Shown in pieces: positions 1-9,756 of a stretch of DNA of 55,512 nt. The DNA comes from an uncultured Syntrophus sp. (GTDB lineage Bacteria; Desulfobacterota; Syntrophia; Syntrophales; UBA5619), in assembly GCA_964540555.1 (NCBI GenBank), contig CAZINF010000004.1, positions 1 through 55,512 on the forward strand. The letters are read 5' to 3'. Below the pieces are notes generated by a model. That model did not search any database and was not told the DNA's origin. It saw only the letters and a program-made list of their open reading frames with translations. Made by a program: the position numbers and the translations under genes. How positions within the stretch are numbered: the first letter of the stretch is position 1; each line of letters opens with the position of its first letter.

Positions 1-208
1 CATTAAAATCTTGTCCTCAAATGACGGTTATAGCTCCGCGAAAATCGGTGTTTATCTGTCAAGAGAAAAACGATTGACACCAAATTCGTTTTTCTTGTAC
101 TCTCGCGTGTAAGAGCGAGTTCCTTTCAGTGTAGATTTCCAACACAGGCAAGCGAGATTCCATAGGTCTGTTCCCTGCCGATTTCGCAAGAAAGGAGAAA
201 AGAGAGCG

Positions 209-946
209 ATGGACAGGAGTGTGGATAAGCATGAGATATCGGGTATTTTTTTTGGTTCATCGGGGCTGGCATACAATTATTCCCGCCGTCAATTCCTCAA
301 GCTCAGCGGGGCATCCATTATCGGCATGTCGGCTCTCGCTCCCCTTTTGGCTGGGGCCGCAAACAAACCCCTGATCATTATGGAACAGTCCAAGGGGATT
401 GTCATCGCCGATCCGACAAGATGCGTCGGCTGTCGCCGCTGTGAACTGGCCTGCACCGAATTTAACGACGGCAGGGCTGCCCCCTCGCTGGCCCGAGTGA
501 AGGTTGCACGAAATCTCAACTTTGGTCCCAAGGCGGCTCATGCCGCACAGAACGGCAACGGCAACTGGGGCAACGGGCTGATCATCCAGGATCTCTGTAA
601 GCAGTGCGCCCACCCGGTGCCATGCGCCGATTCATGTCCGAACGATGCGATCGTCGTTAAACCGCCTGTAAACGCGAGGATCGTGGATGCCGGGAAGTGC
701 ACCGGGTGCAGGATCTGTCTGAAGGCCTGCCCCTGGGAAATGATCTCCTTCGATCCCGATGCCGGCAAGGCAACCAAGTGTTTCCTTTGCGACGGTAAAC
801 CCAAGTGCGTCGAAGCATGCCCGGCGGCAGCCCTGAGTTATGCATCCTGGCGCGATCTGACGGACAGGGTCCCAATCCGCGTCGCACCCGCGGCGTTCAT
901 AACGCCGGCGAAAGCCGCAACGTGCTATGACTGCCACAAGAGGTAG
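209..946 (+). CDS. ydhY: Tat-exported 4Fe-4S dicluster ferredoxin-like subunit (YdhY-like)
   Basis: Twin-arginine motif SRRQFLK followed by a hydrophobic segment; Cys motifs CVGCRRCELAC, CKQCAHPVPCADSC, CTGCRICLKAC, CFLC..PKCVEAC; directly upstream of an AOR-family gene. Confidence 0.8.
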   Translation: MDRSVDKHEISGIFFGSSGLAYNYSRRQFLKLSGASIIGMSALAPLLAGAANKPLIIMEQSKGIVIADPTRCVGCRRCELACTEFNDGRAAPSLARVKVARNLNFGPKAAHAAQNGNGNWGNGLIIQDLCKQCAHPVPCADSCPNDAIVVKPPVNARIVDAGKCTGCRICLKACPWEMISFDPDAGKATKCFLCDGKPKCVEACPAAALSYASWRDLTDRVPIRVAPAAFITPAKAATCYDCHKR

Positions 947-963
947 GAAAGGAGGATCACATC

Positions 964-3069
964 ATGGCGAAATACGGCGGATGGGTTGGTAAGGTTCTGC
1001 GGGTCAACCTGTCGAACGGTAAGATCTGGACCGAAGACACGGTTGAAAAATACAAGGACGAACTGGGCGGAACGGGATTGGGATACAGGGTCCTGTGGGA
1101 TGAGGTTCCGGCGGGAACGAAGCCCTTTGATCCCGGGAATAAAATCATTTTCGGCGTCGGTCCTCTGGCCGGGACCGGGGCCCCCTGCAACGGCCGCACG
1201 GCCATCACGACGCTTTTCCCCACCTGCTGGCCGAGACCGCTTGTGGGAACCGGGCATATGGGTGGGCAGTTTGCCGCGGAGCTCAAGTATGCCGGGTACG
1301 ATTCGATTGTCATTGAAGGCAAGGCGGATCGACCCGTGTGGTTGTCGGTCGTCGATAATAAAGTGGAAATCAAGGATGCCCGCAACATCTGGGGGCAGGG
1401 TATCCGGCGGGCAACGATCGAGATTTCCCAGGAACTGGGTCCCGAAGCGGCTGTGGCGGCGATCGGACAGTCGGGAGAGAATCTGGTTCCCATGTCGGTC
1501 GTGATGAACTCCTACTCGCATTCCGCCGGCGGTGTGGGTGCGGTCATGGGATCGAAAAACCTCAAGGCGGTCGGTGTCCGCGGGACCGGCAGTGTGCGGA
1601 TTGCCGGCAGGAGGGATGAATGGGAGAAGCTGGTCAAGGCACACCTTGCTCTCCTGGGGGCCAACAATCAGCATGTGGTGCCCAGCTCTCCCCAACCCTG
1701 GGCCGAATACTACGATCCGTCGTCGCGTTGGAAGGGTTCCAGGGGACGACGATGGGAACAATCATTCCCGGCCATCGAAACGGGGACCTGCAATCCCGGG
1801 GACCTCAACCGAATCGCCTACCGGACAAACAACGCCGCCCATTACCTCGGCGGCATCGGCTGGACATATACCGTCAGGGGAAACGGCTGCAGCGGTTGTC
1901 CGATCCGCTGCCATACCATGATCAAGGTCCCCGCGGTCGCGGCAAAATACGGCATCCCGGACGTCGGACAGAACACGTGCGGCGGTCTGAACTTCGGGCG
2001 TTCCTTCTTCAAAAAATTCCCGGACGGGGCGAGGGGACAGACGAATGTCGAGGCCTGCATGGTGGGGATGCATATCGCCGACGACTATGGCATCTGGTGC
2101 AACTACGGCCAGTTGCAACGGGACTTCAAGAGGATTTACTATGACGGCACGATCAAAGGCAAGCTCGGGGAAAAGGAGTTCAAGAGTTATTCCTGGGATA
2201 AATACGAGAAGGGCGATCCCTCCTTCCTTTTCGAGCTCCTCCCCAGGATTGCCATGAAAGAGGGCGAATTGGGTGCCGTTCTGGGGCTCGGTACCGGGTA
2301 TATGCTGGATAAATGGTCTCTCTCCGAAGCGGTATGGAAGAAAGAGCATGAACTCAGCTACTGGAAGATGGGGCACCCCAAGCACCATGCCAGCGAAGAG
2401 GTCGGCCAGTGCGGGGTGATCATCAATACCCAGTACAATCGCGATGCCCAGTGTCATTCCCACGCCAACTTCACCCGCAACGGGTTGCCGCTGGAAATCC
2501 AGAAGCGTCTGGCGGCAGAGATATGGGGAACGCCGGATGCGGTCGATCACATGGGGTCTTACACGCCGATGAATATCGGTAAAGCGAAGATGGCAAAATG
2601 GTCGCTCATCCGCAAAGAGCTTCATGACTCGTTGTCCCTGTGCAACTGGATGGGACCGTGGGTCGCTTCGCCGTTGAAAGAGCGCGGGTACCGCGGCGAT
2701 GACTCCCTCGAATCCCTGTTGTACAGCCTTGCCACAGGAGACAGGAAGGGCCGGGAGGAATTGGATCGGGCGGGAGAGCGCATATTCCTGCTTCACCGGG
2801 CCCTGACCATCCGTGACATGGGGACCAGGGAGATGCGGACCGAACACGATGCCGTTCCGGAATGGGTCTATCACGATCCTGCAGGCAGACCGGTCTATAC
2901 CAAAGGGACAATCCACCTGGACAAGGGGGATGTTCAACTCGCCATGGAGATGTTTTACGGATTGATGGGATGGGACAAGACCACCGGTTCACCCACGGAG
3001 GATGCCTATCGAAAAGTGGGACTGGGAGCGGTAGCGGAAGAACTGAGGAGGAAAGGGCTTGTCTCCTGA
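964..3069 (+). CDS. ydhV: Aldehyde:ferredoxin oxidoreductase family protein (YdhV-like, Mo/W-bisPT)
   Basis: AOR N-terminus GWVGKVLRVNLS, AGYDSIVIEGKAD, GAVMGSKNLKAV, CSGCPIRC; RBS AGGAGG upstream. Confidence 0.88.
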   Translation: MAKYGGWVGKVLRVNLSNGKIWTEDTVEKYKDELGGTGLGYRVLWDEVPAGTKPFDPGNKIIFGVGPLAGTGAPCNGRTAITTLFPTCWPRPLVGTGHMGGQFAAELKYAGYDSIVIEGKADRPVWLSVVDNKVEIKDARNIWGQGIRRATIEISQELGPEAAVAAIGQSGENLVPMSVVMNSYSHSAGGVGAVMGSKNLKAVGVRGTGSVRIAGRRDEWEKLVKAHLALLGANNQHVVPSSPQPWAEYYDPSSRWKGSRGRRWEQSFPAIETGTCNPGDLNRIAYRTNNAAHYLGGIGWTYTVRGNGCSGCPIRCHTMIKVPAVAAKYGIPDVGQNTCGGLNFGRSFFKKFPDGARGQTNVEACMVGMHIADDYGIWCNYGQLQRDFKRIYYDGTIKGKLGEKEFKSYSWDKYEKGDPSFLFELLPRIAMKEGELGAVLGLGTGYMLDKWSLSEAVWKKEHELSYWKMGHPKHHASEEVGQCGVIINTQYNRDAQCHSHANFTRNGLPLEIQKRLAAEIWGTPDAVDHMGSYTPMNIGKAKMAKWSLIRKELHDSLSLCNWMGPWVASPLKERGYRGDDSLESLLYSLATGDRKGREELDRAGERIFLLHRALTIRDMGTREMRTEHDAVPEWVYHDPAGRPVYTKGTIHLDKGDVQLAMEMFYGLMGWDKTTGSPTEDAYRKVGLGAVAEELRRKGLVS

Positions 3070-3085
3070 TCGGGTATCGATTGAC

Positions 3086-3132
3086 CGGGAGCGCAACCCT
3101 TTAAGCCCCGCCCTGTCGGCGGGTAGCTTCAA
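3086..3132 (+). mobile_element. Collapsed (single-hairpin) copy of the ~107-bp IS200/IS605-type non-autonomous element
   Basis: TGAC|CGGGAGCGCAACCCTTTAAGCCCCGCCCTGTCGGCGGGTAGCTTCAA: the left part matches the 12010 copy and the right part matches that copy's right hairpin and end. Confidence 0.7.
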
Positions 3133-3197
3133 TCCATCCGGCGAGAGGAGGGTTTTAGTCCCCACGCCATGCGAAAAAAAAGAGCAGGACCGGTGAA

Positions 3198-3797
3198 ATG
3201 GACTTAGAAAAAACAGAGGGGCTGGATGAGAAAGAGGATAGGGGGGCCGCCTCAAGGGTCATCGCCGAGCTGATTCGCCGGGGAAGCGAGGAGGGTCGAT
3301 TCGTCACGCACGGCGAGCTGTTTGGAAAACTGATGGAGCGAAATCTCCCGATCCCCGGCGGCGGTGAATTGGGACCTGCTTTTGAAACCCTGATAATGAA
3401 AACCAGGGAAGGGAACGGGGATATCAAGGTGACCCCGGACAGGGACGGATCTCCACGCTACTACTCATCGCTCTTCATGAGCGAGGCCTATTGCGGAATT
3501 CTGTCGAAGAAGGAAGGGGATCCTCTTGTGCTGATCGCCGAGAGTGTGAGGGAAAACTCCGCCGTCTATCCGCGCCCCGTTTCCCTGGAGATGTTCGGAA
3601 ATCCGCCTTTCGATCTGACTCCGGCGGAGGTTCACTCCTGCGTGGAGCAGATGGCCGGTCGGGAAGAATACAAGGATATCGGGCAAATCACCACCTCGGC
3701 GGAGGGTGTTTTCCTCTATTCCAAGTCTTATCTTGAACCGGGCCACGCCGCCATACTCGCCGAATGGCTTGATGTCGGCCAATTTGATCATCCTTGA
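3198..3797 (+). CDS. ydhW: YdhW-family oxidoreductase-system protein
   Basis: Motifs YYSSLFMSEAY, VRENSAVYPRP, FLYSKSYL..A.ILAEW; position after ydhV. Confidence 0.75.
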   Translation: MDLEKTEGLDEKEDRGAASRVIAELIRRGSEEGRFVTHGELFGKLMERNLPIPGGGELGPAFETLIMKTREGNGDIKVTPDRDGSPRYYSSLFMSEAYCGILSKKEGDPLVLIAESVRENSAVYPRPVSLEMFGNPPFDLTPAEVHSCVEQMAGREEYKDIGQITTSAEGVFLYSKSYLEPGHAAILAEWLDVGQFDHP

Positions 3798-3914
3798 ATC
3801 TTCTGCCCTGCTGTTTTTCAGACGGTGTGGAATGCCTTGCGGAGGGCCTCCATCCTCACGCCCGTGTGGAGCAACTCCAGTGCGTCGCGATTTGAGAAGA
3901 AAGAGGAAATAATT

Positions 3915-6560
3915 ATGGGTGAGCTTTTAAAGACAGCTCTGCACGACAAGCATGTTTCCTTCGGCGCCACTATGGTCGATTTCGGCGGCTGGCATATGCC
4001 GCTCCAGTGCGGAACTGGAATTGTGGAAGAACATCTCGCAACGCGGAAGGGGGCCGGGATCTTCGACGTGTCTCATATGGGGCGATTCATCGTCCGCGGC
4101 GCCGGGGCGCTTGCCTTCCTGCAGCACCTCCTTTCCAGCAACGCCGCCGCCCTGGATACCGGCTTTGCGCAGTACACGTTTATTCCCAACGACCGCGGGG
4201 GCGCCCTCGACGACGCCTATCTCTACCGGTTCATACAGGACGAATACCTCCTTGTAGTCAATGCCGCCAACCGGGAGGCCGACTGGTGTTATCTAAAGGA
4301 GATGCTCTCTTTTTTCCCATCGACCCAGATGGAAGACGTCTCCGAATCGATGGCGATGATCTCCCTCCAGGGGCCCTCTTCCCGGGCCATTCTCCAGGAT
4401 CTGCTCGGCTCAGGCGGTTTGCCGGAACCCATGAAGAATGCCTGTAGATCGGTTTCCATCAGCGGAAAAAAGGTACTTATATCCCGGACCGGCTACACAG
4501 GCGAGCCCCTCGGTTTTGAATTCTTCTTTGCTGCTGCCGACGCTCCGTGGCTCTGGGGTCTCTTCCTCGATAAGGGTGCAATCCCGGTGGGGCTGGGGGC
4601 GCGGGACACCCTGAGGCTTGAAGCAGGCTTGCCCCTTTTCGGTCATGAACTGGGAAATGATCCCGCCGGAAAAGAGATCCCCATCTTCGCCTGCCCCCTG
4701 GCCCGTTTCGCCGTGAGTTTCTCTTCCCTGAAAGGTGCGTTCATCGGGCAGGAGGCGCTTGCAATCCAGTTTGCCGCCTTCAAGAAGATCAAGGATGAAG
4801 ATTACACCTCGATCGAGGACCTGCCGCGGATAGTCATGCCTTTTGCACTCCGCGGAAGGGGGGTTGCCAGGGCGGGATTTCGCGTGTTTAAGGGTTCGGG
4901 GGAAGTCGGTTTCGTAACGAGTGGCACGATGGTTCCGTACTGGAAGACAGCGGGCACGGGGCTTTCGACGCGTTTTACCGGTGAGCGGGAGATGCGGGCC
5001 ATCGGCCTGATGCTGGTCGATAGCCGTCTCAAGAAAGACGATTCGGTGGAGATTGAGATCAGAGGAAACCGGATTGATGCGGTTGTGGTTCCCTATCACC
5101 TGCGTTCGGACGCGCCTCCTTATGCCATGCCGATTCTGCCGCGTCCCGTGGAGGACCGGGGAAAATCAATTTCCGACGCTTGGCAGGATAAAACCTTTGA
5201 TCTACTGGAGAAGGCAATTCAAAACACCCTCTGGCGGCAGACCGAGTGTATCAACCTCATCCCGTCGGAACAGACGGCCTCGTCGATGGTGCGGCGTCTA
5301 TCGATGCTGGATCCCGCCTTCCGCTACGCCGAGCATCGCCCCCTCCGATCTTACTATGATGCGGAAGTCTTCTACTACCAGGGAACGGATTTTATCGAAG
5401 GCGTAGAGGAGCTACTCAAGGAGGAGATGGTCCGTTACCTGGGCTGCCGGAAGGTGGAGGCCAGGGTGATCAGCGGCCAGATGGCCAACTCCGTCGTCTT
5501 CAGCGCCCTCGTCGATTACCTTAACAGGGGTGATCGGAAGACGGAACCCCGGCGGCTCGGCTCGGTCCTGAACAACCACATGATCCGGGGCGGCCACCTG
5601 AGCGCCCAGCCGATGGGCGCCCTTCACCATTTCGTCCGGATCGATCCGCGGACGGAAAAACCAGCCGTCGTGAACTTTCCGGTTCTGCAAGAGGATCCCT
5701 ACAAGATCGACGTGGAGGCGACCTGCCGGATCATCGACGAACACCGGCCGGAGCTGATCATCTTCGGCAAGAGCATGGTCCTCTACCGCGAACCAGTTCG
5801 GGAGATCCGGGACTTCCTTCGGGAGCAAAAGATCGAAGCCATTATCCTCTACGACATGGCCCACGTTCTGGGGCTGGTGGGACCCTACTTCCAGGAGCCG
5901 TTCGACGAAGGGGCGGACCTGGTCACCGGCTCCACCCACAAGACCTTCTTCGGCACCCAGCGGGGAATCGTTGCCGGGAACTGGCGGGAAGAGGAAAAGC
6001 AGTATGCCCTTTGGGAGTCCGTGGAGAACCGGACCTTTCCGGGAAGCGTCAGCAACCACCACCCGGGAACCCTTTCGGGATTGCTGATGGCCGCCTATGA
6101 GATGAACTGTTTCCGGGATGCCTACCAACAGGCGGTCATCCGGAATGCGAAGGCCTTTGCCCGGGCGCTCCGGGATGCGGGTTTGCAGGTGGCGGGCGAT
6201 CCGGCGATCTCTTTTACGGAGACCCATCAGGTGATCGTAAAGGTGGAATATGCCAGGGCGGTGGAGGCGGCCCGCCGGCTCGAGGAGAGCAACATCATCT
6301 GCAACTTCCAGGCGGCGCCGGACGAAGAGGGGTTTACCGCGGCCGGAGCCCTCCGGATGGGCGTGCAGGAGATGACGCGGTTCGGCATGGGGCCGGAGGA
6401 TTTCCTGACGCTGGCCCAGTACATCCACGACGTTGTGGCGGGTGGCCGTTTGGTCCGGGAAGAGGTGACGGCATTCCGGAAGCGCTTCCTTGTGATGGAC
6501 TATTGCTTTACGGAAGATATGTTCATTGATCTGATGGATAAGCTGCACCGTTTAGTATAA
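3915..6560 (+). CDS. gcvT-glyA: Fusion of glycine cleavage T protein (aminomethyltransferase) and serine hydroxymethyltransferase
   Basis: N-half has FDVSHMG, SRTGYTGE, GLGARDTLRLEAGL; C-half has INLIPSE, GGHLS, YDMAHVLGLV and the PLP-lysine motif TGSTHKT; ATG 3915 follows a GAGG RBS. Confidence 0.9.
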   Translation: MGELLKTALHDKHVSFGATMVDFGGWHMPLQCGTGIVEEHLATRKGAGIFDVSHMGRFIVRGAGALAFLQHLLSSNAAALDTGFAQYTFIPNDRGGALDDAYLYRFIQDEYLLVVNAANREADWCYLKEMLSFFPSTQMEDVSESMAMISLQGPSSRAILQDLLGSGGLPEPMKNACRSVSISGKKVLISRTGYTGEPLGFEFFFAAADAPWLWGLFLDKGAIPVGLGARDTLRLEAGLPLFGHELGNDPAGKEIPIFACPLARFAVSFSSLKGAFIGQEALAIQFAAFKKIKDEDYTSIEDLPRIVMPFALRGRGVARAGFRVFKGSGEVGFVTSGTMVPYWKTAGTGLSTRFTGEREMRAIGLMLVDSRLKKDDSVEIEIRGNRIDAVVVPYHLRSDAPPYAMPILPRPVEDRGKSISDAWQDKTFDLLEKAIQNTLWRQTECINLIPSEQTASSMVRRLSMLDPAFRYAEHRPLRSYYDAEVFYYQGTDFIEGVEELLKEEMVRYLGCRKVEARVISGQMANSVVFSALVDYLNRGDRKTEPRRLGSVLNNHMIRGGHLSAQPMGALHHFVRIDPRTEKPAVVNFPVLQEDPYKIDVEATCRIIDEHRPELIIFGKSMVLYREPVREIRDFLREQKIEAIILYDMAHVLGLVGPYFQEPFDEGADLVTGSTHKTFFGTQRGIVAGNWREEEKQYALWESVENRTFPGSVSNHHPGTLSGLLMAAYEMNCFRDAYQQAVIRNAKAFARALRDAGLQVAGDPAISFTETHQVIVKVEYARAVEAARRLEESNIICNFQAAPDEEGFTAAGALRMGVQEMTRFGMGPEDFLTLAQYIHDVVAGGRLVREEVTAFRKRFLVMDYCFTEDMFIDLMDKLHRLV

Positions 6561-6571
6561 TAAAGGGGGGA

Positions 6572-6811
6572 ATGATGAAAAGGATTGATGAAATCGACCT
6601 GCCGGAAGAGCTCCGTTACAGCGCCGACCATGAATGGGTCCGGCCGGAGGGCGATCTGGCGCGTGTGGGGCTTACCGACTACGCCCAGGATCAGTTCGGG
6701 GATATCGTGTATGCGGAGCTGCCGTCCGTCGGGGCCCATATTACTCAAGGAGCGGTCTCACAACGCCTGACGGCGGAGGCCTACCTTGCCCGTTTGAAAG
6801 GGGGGGCGTAG
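6572..6811 (+). pseudogene. gcvH: GcvH with an in-frame internal deletion (lipoyl-lysine region absent)
   Basis: N-terminus LRYSADHEWV..VGLTDYAQDQFGDIVYAELP joins directly to the C-terminal LTAEAY; no ESVK-type lipoylation motif; 79 aa versus about 125-130 typical. Confidence 0.8.
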
Positions 6812-8143
6812 ATGCGATACCTGCCCCACACCGCTGAGGATATCGCCGCCATGCTCGACGTGATCGGTCTCAAGGAGCTCGATGACCTCTTCGCGGCGAT
6901 TCCGGGGGATTGCCGTTTCGAAGGGGCGCTGCAACTGCCGGAGACGATGAGCGAGTGGGTCCTGGAGGGGCATGTCGGCCGTCTGGCCGGCCGGATAGCC
7001 GTCTCCCCGGAGTATTCCGTCTTTCTGGGGGCCGGGAGCTATGACCATTATATCCCCGCGACGGTTTCGTCGCTTCTGGGCCGTTCCGAGTTCGTGACTT
7101 CGTATACGCCATACCAGCCGGAGATGCTGCAGGGAACGCTGCAGGGGATCTACGAGTACCAGACCCTGGCGGCCCGTCTGCTGGGAATGGATGTGGCCAC
7201 GGCCTCCCACTACGACGGCGCGACGGCCCTGGCCGAGGCGCTCCTCATGGCGGTACGCATCACCGGACGGAAAAAGGTGGCGCTGTCCCGAGCGATACAC
7301 CCCCACTACCGGCAGGTCGTCCGGACCTACTTCGCCCCCACCGGTTATGAACTTCTGGAAATCCCCTTTGGGGAAACGGGACTCACCGATCTTGCCCGCC
7401 TGGAGGAGATACGGGGTCTCGCCGCCGTGGCCCTGCACTCCCCTAACTTCTTCGGCTGCATCGAAAACATACAGGCGGCGGCGGAAGGGGCGCATTCCGG
7501 AGGCGCGCTGCTCGTTGCCGGATTCACCGAGGCGCTGGCCTTTGGGCTCCTCAAGAGTCCGGGAAGCCAGGGCGCCGACATCGTCGCCGGAGAGGGCCAG
7601 AGCCTGGGCATCCCCCGCTCCTTCGGGGGGCCGGCCCTGGGGATGCTCGCAAGTCGGAAACAGCACATGCGAAGCCTGCCCGGCCGCCTCGTGGGAAGGA
7701 CGAAGGACCGGGATGGGAGACGCGGCTTCGTTCTCACGCTGGCCGCGCGGGAGCAGCATATCCGCCGGGAAAAGGCGACCTCGAACATCTGTTCCAACAA
7801 CAGCCTCTGCGCCCTCGCCGCCGCGATGTACATGGCCTCCCTGGGCGGTACGGGGATCCGGCAACTCGCCTTGCTCAACCAAGACAAGGCGGAATATCTG
7901 AAAAGCGCCCTGCGGGCTGCTGGATGCTCCATTCTCTTTTCCGGTCTCACGTTCAACGAATTCGTCGTCGGCTTTCCCGGCGGTTTCGAAGCCCGGTATG
8001 AGCGGTTGCTCGATCGAAAGATCGTCGCCGGGCTGCCCCTGGGCGGTTTTTATCCCGAGTTGGCGGGTCACGCCCTCCTCTGCGTGACGGAGACGTGCAG
8101 TCGGGGGGAGATGGACCGGCTGGTCGAGGAGGTGACGGCATGA
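6812..8143 (+). CDS. gcvPA: Glycine dehydrogenase (decarboxylating) subunit 1
   Basis: MRYLPHT, FLGAGSYDH, SYTPYQPE..QG.LQ.IYEYQT, REQHIRREKATSNICSN. Confidence 0.95.
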   Translation: MRYLPHTAEDIAAMLDVIGLKELDDLFAAIPGDCRFEGALQLPETMSEWVLEGHVGRLAGRIAVSPEYSVFLGAGSYDHYIPATVSSLLGRSEFVTSYTPYQPEMLQGTLQGIYEYQTLAARLLGMDVATASHYDGATALAEALLMAVRITGRKKVALSRAIHPHYRQVVRTYFAPTGYELLEIPFGETGLTDLARLEEIRGLAAVALHSPNFFGCIENIQAAAEGAHSGGALLVAGFTEALAFGLLKSPGSQGADIVAGEGQSLGIPRSFGGPALGMLASRKQHMRSLPGRLVGRTKDRDGRRGFVLTLAAREQHIRREKATSNICSNNSLCALAAAMYMASLGGTGIRQLALLNQDKAEYLKSALRAAGCSILFSGLTFNEFVVGFPGGFEARYERLLDRKIVAGLPLGGFYPELAGHALLCVTETCSRGEMDRLVEEVTA

Positions 8144-9597
8144 ACGAATCACTCGGAACGACCGGGCTCATCCTGAATGAGCCGCTCCTCTGGGAGAAAG
8201 GGAAGAAGGGGCGCTGCGGCTTTTCCATGCCCCCGAGCGACGTGCCGCTAAGCCCGCTGCCCGAAGAACTGACGGGCGATGGACCCGATATCCCGGATCT
8301 TAGCGAAATTGAGGTGATCCGTCATTACACCCGCCTGTCCACATGGAATTTCGGGGTGGATACCGGCCTCTATCCCCTCGGTTCCTGCACCATGAAGTAC
8401 AACCCGAAAATCAATGAGAAGCTGGCGGGTCTCCGGGGATTCGCCGCCGCCCATCCGCTGCTGCCGGCGGAACTTTCCCAGGGGGCGCTGCAGTTGATGT
8501 TCGAGCTGGAGCAGTTTCTGGCTGAGATCACCGGCCTGGACGCCGTGACGCTGCAACCGGCCGCCGGCGCCCAGGGAGAGCTAACGGGGATGCTGATCAT
8601 CCATGCGTACCATCGCCTCCAGGGGAAACAGCGGACGAAGATCCTGATTCCCGACACGGCGCACGGGACGAATCCGGCGAGCGCCGCCCTCTGCGGTTAT
8701 CTCCCCGTTCCGGTTCCTTCCGGTCCGGATGGCATCCTTCTTTCAGAAACGGTGGCGGCGCTGATGGACGGGGAGACGGCGGGGATCATGATCACCAACC
8801 CCAACACCCTGGGTCTCTTCGAGGAGAACATCCGCGAGATAACCCGGATCGTCCACGACCGGGGCGGGCTCGTCTACGGCGACGGGGCCAACATGAACGC
8901 CATTATGGGTGTCGTAAAGCCGGGCGCGATCGGCGTCGATATCTTGCACTTGAACCTCCACAAGACCTTCTCCGCACCCCACGGGGGCGGCGGGCCCGGC
9001 GCCGGTCCGGTGGCCGTACGGAAGGATCTCGCCCGGTTTCTTCCCGTTCCCCGGGTCGTTGAAAAAAACGGGATATATCAACTTTCCGAAGATTTCCCGG
9101 AATCCGTCGGTCGCGTCCTGGCTTTTCACGGCCATTTCGGCGTTCTTTTACGGGCCTACGCCTACATCCTCAGCATGGGGCCGGACGGGCTCAAAAAGGC
9201 GAGCCGCCTCGCGGTCCTCAACGCCAATTATGTCCGGGAGAAACTGAAAGACGTCCTACACACGCCCTATGACCGGCCCTGCATGCACGAGTGCGTTTTT
9301 TCCGACCGGAATCAGCAGGAAGCCGGGATCACCATCCTGGAGATGTCCAAGCGCCTCATGGATTACGGGTATCATCCGCCCACGATCTATTTCCCGATCA
9401 TTGTTCGCGGCGCGGTCATGATCGAGCCCACGGAAACGGAAACGAAGGAGGATCTCGACGGTTTTATCGAGGCGTTCCGATCCGTCGTCCGAGATGCTTC
9501 GGAGAATCCCCAGGTCATTCGGGACGCGCCGACTCGCTGCAAGGTGAAGCGACTTGACGAGACCGCGGCGGCCCGGAACCCCTGTCTGACAGGATGA
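8140..9597 (+). CDS. gcvPB: Glycine dehydrogenase (decarboxylating) subunit 2
   Basis: YPLGSCTMKYNPK, LQPAAGAQGE, HLNLHKTF..PHGGGGPG; ATGA overlap with gcvPA. Confidence 0.95.
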   Translation: MNESLGTTGLILNEPLLWEKGKKGRCGFSMPPSDVPLSPLPEELTGDGPDIPDLSEIEVIRHYTRLSTWNFGVDTGLYPLGSCTMKYNPKINEKLAGLRGFAAAHPLLPAELSQGALQLMFELEQFLAEITGLDAVTLQPAAGAQGELTGMLIIHAYHRLQGKQRTKILIPDTAHGTNPASAALCGYLPVPVPSGPDGILLSETVAALMDGETAGIMITNPNTLGLFEENIREITRIVHDRGGLVYGDGANMNAIMGVVKPGAIGVDILHLNLHKTFSAPHGGGGPGAGPVAVRKDLARFLPVPRVVEKNGIYQLSEDFPESVGRVLAFHGHFGVLLRAYAYILSMGPDGLKKASRLAVLNANYVREKLKDVLHTPYDRPCMHECVFSDRNQQEAGITILEMSKRLMDYGYHPPTIYFPIIVRGAVMIEPTETETKEDLDGFIEAFRSVVRDASENPQVIRDAPTRCKVKRLDETAAARNPCLTG

Positions 9598-9679
9598 TTC
9601 TTGGTCATTCCCTTGATCCACATCCGCGGGGGGCAGGTTTCTTAGAAGGACGTGATGAAAGATCGACTAAAAAATCTTC

Positions 9680-9708
9680 TTGACATGGAGAGTCGGTTTG
9701 CTTATCTT
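9680..9708 (+). promoter_or_regulatory. Putative sigma70 promoter
   Basis: TTGACA-17 nt-TATCTT upstream of the permease gene. Confidence 0.5.
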
Positions 9709-9756
9709 ACGCGCGTTTCATAGTACGGATTGTTATTGGAATCAGGTGGCATCGGT

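Noticed and set aside
3798-3914. Possible glycine riboswitch upstream of gcvT
   Set aside because: The gap is short and I could not recognise the aptamer motifs. An Rfam scan would settle it.
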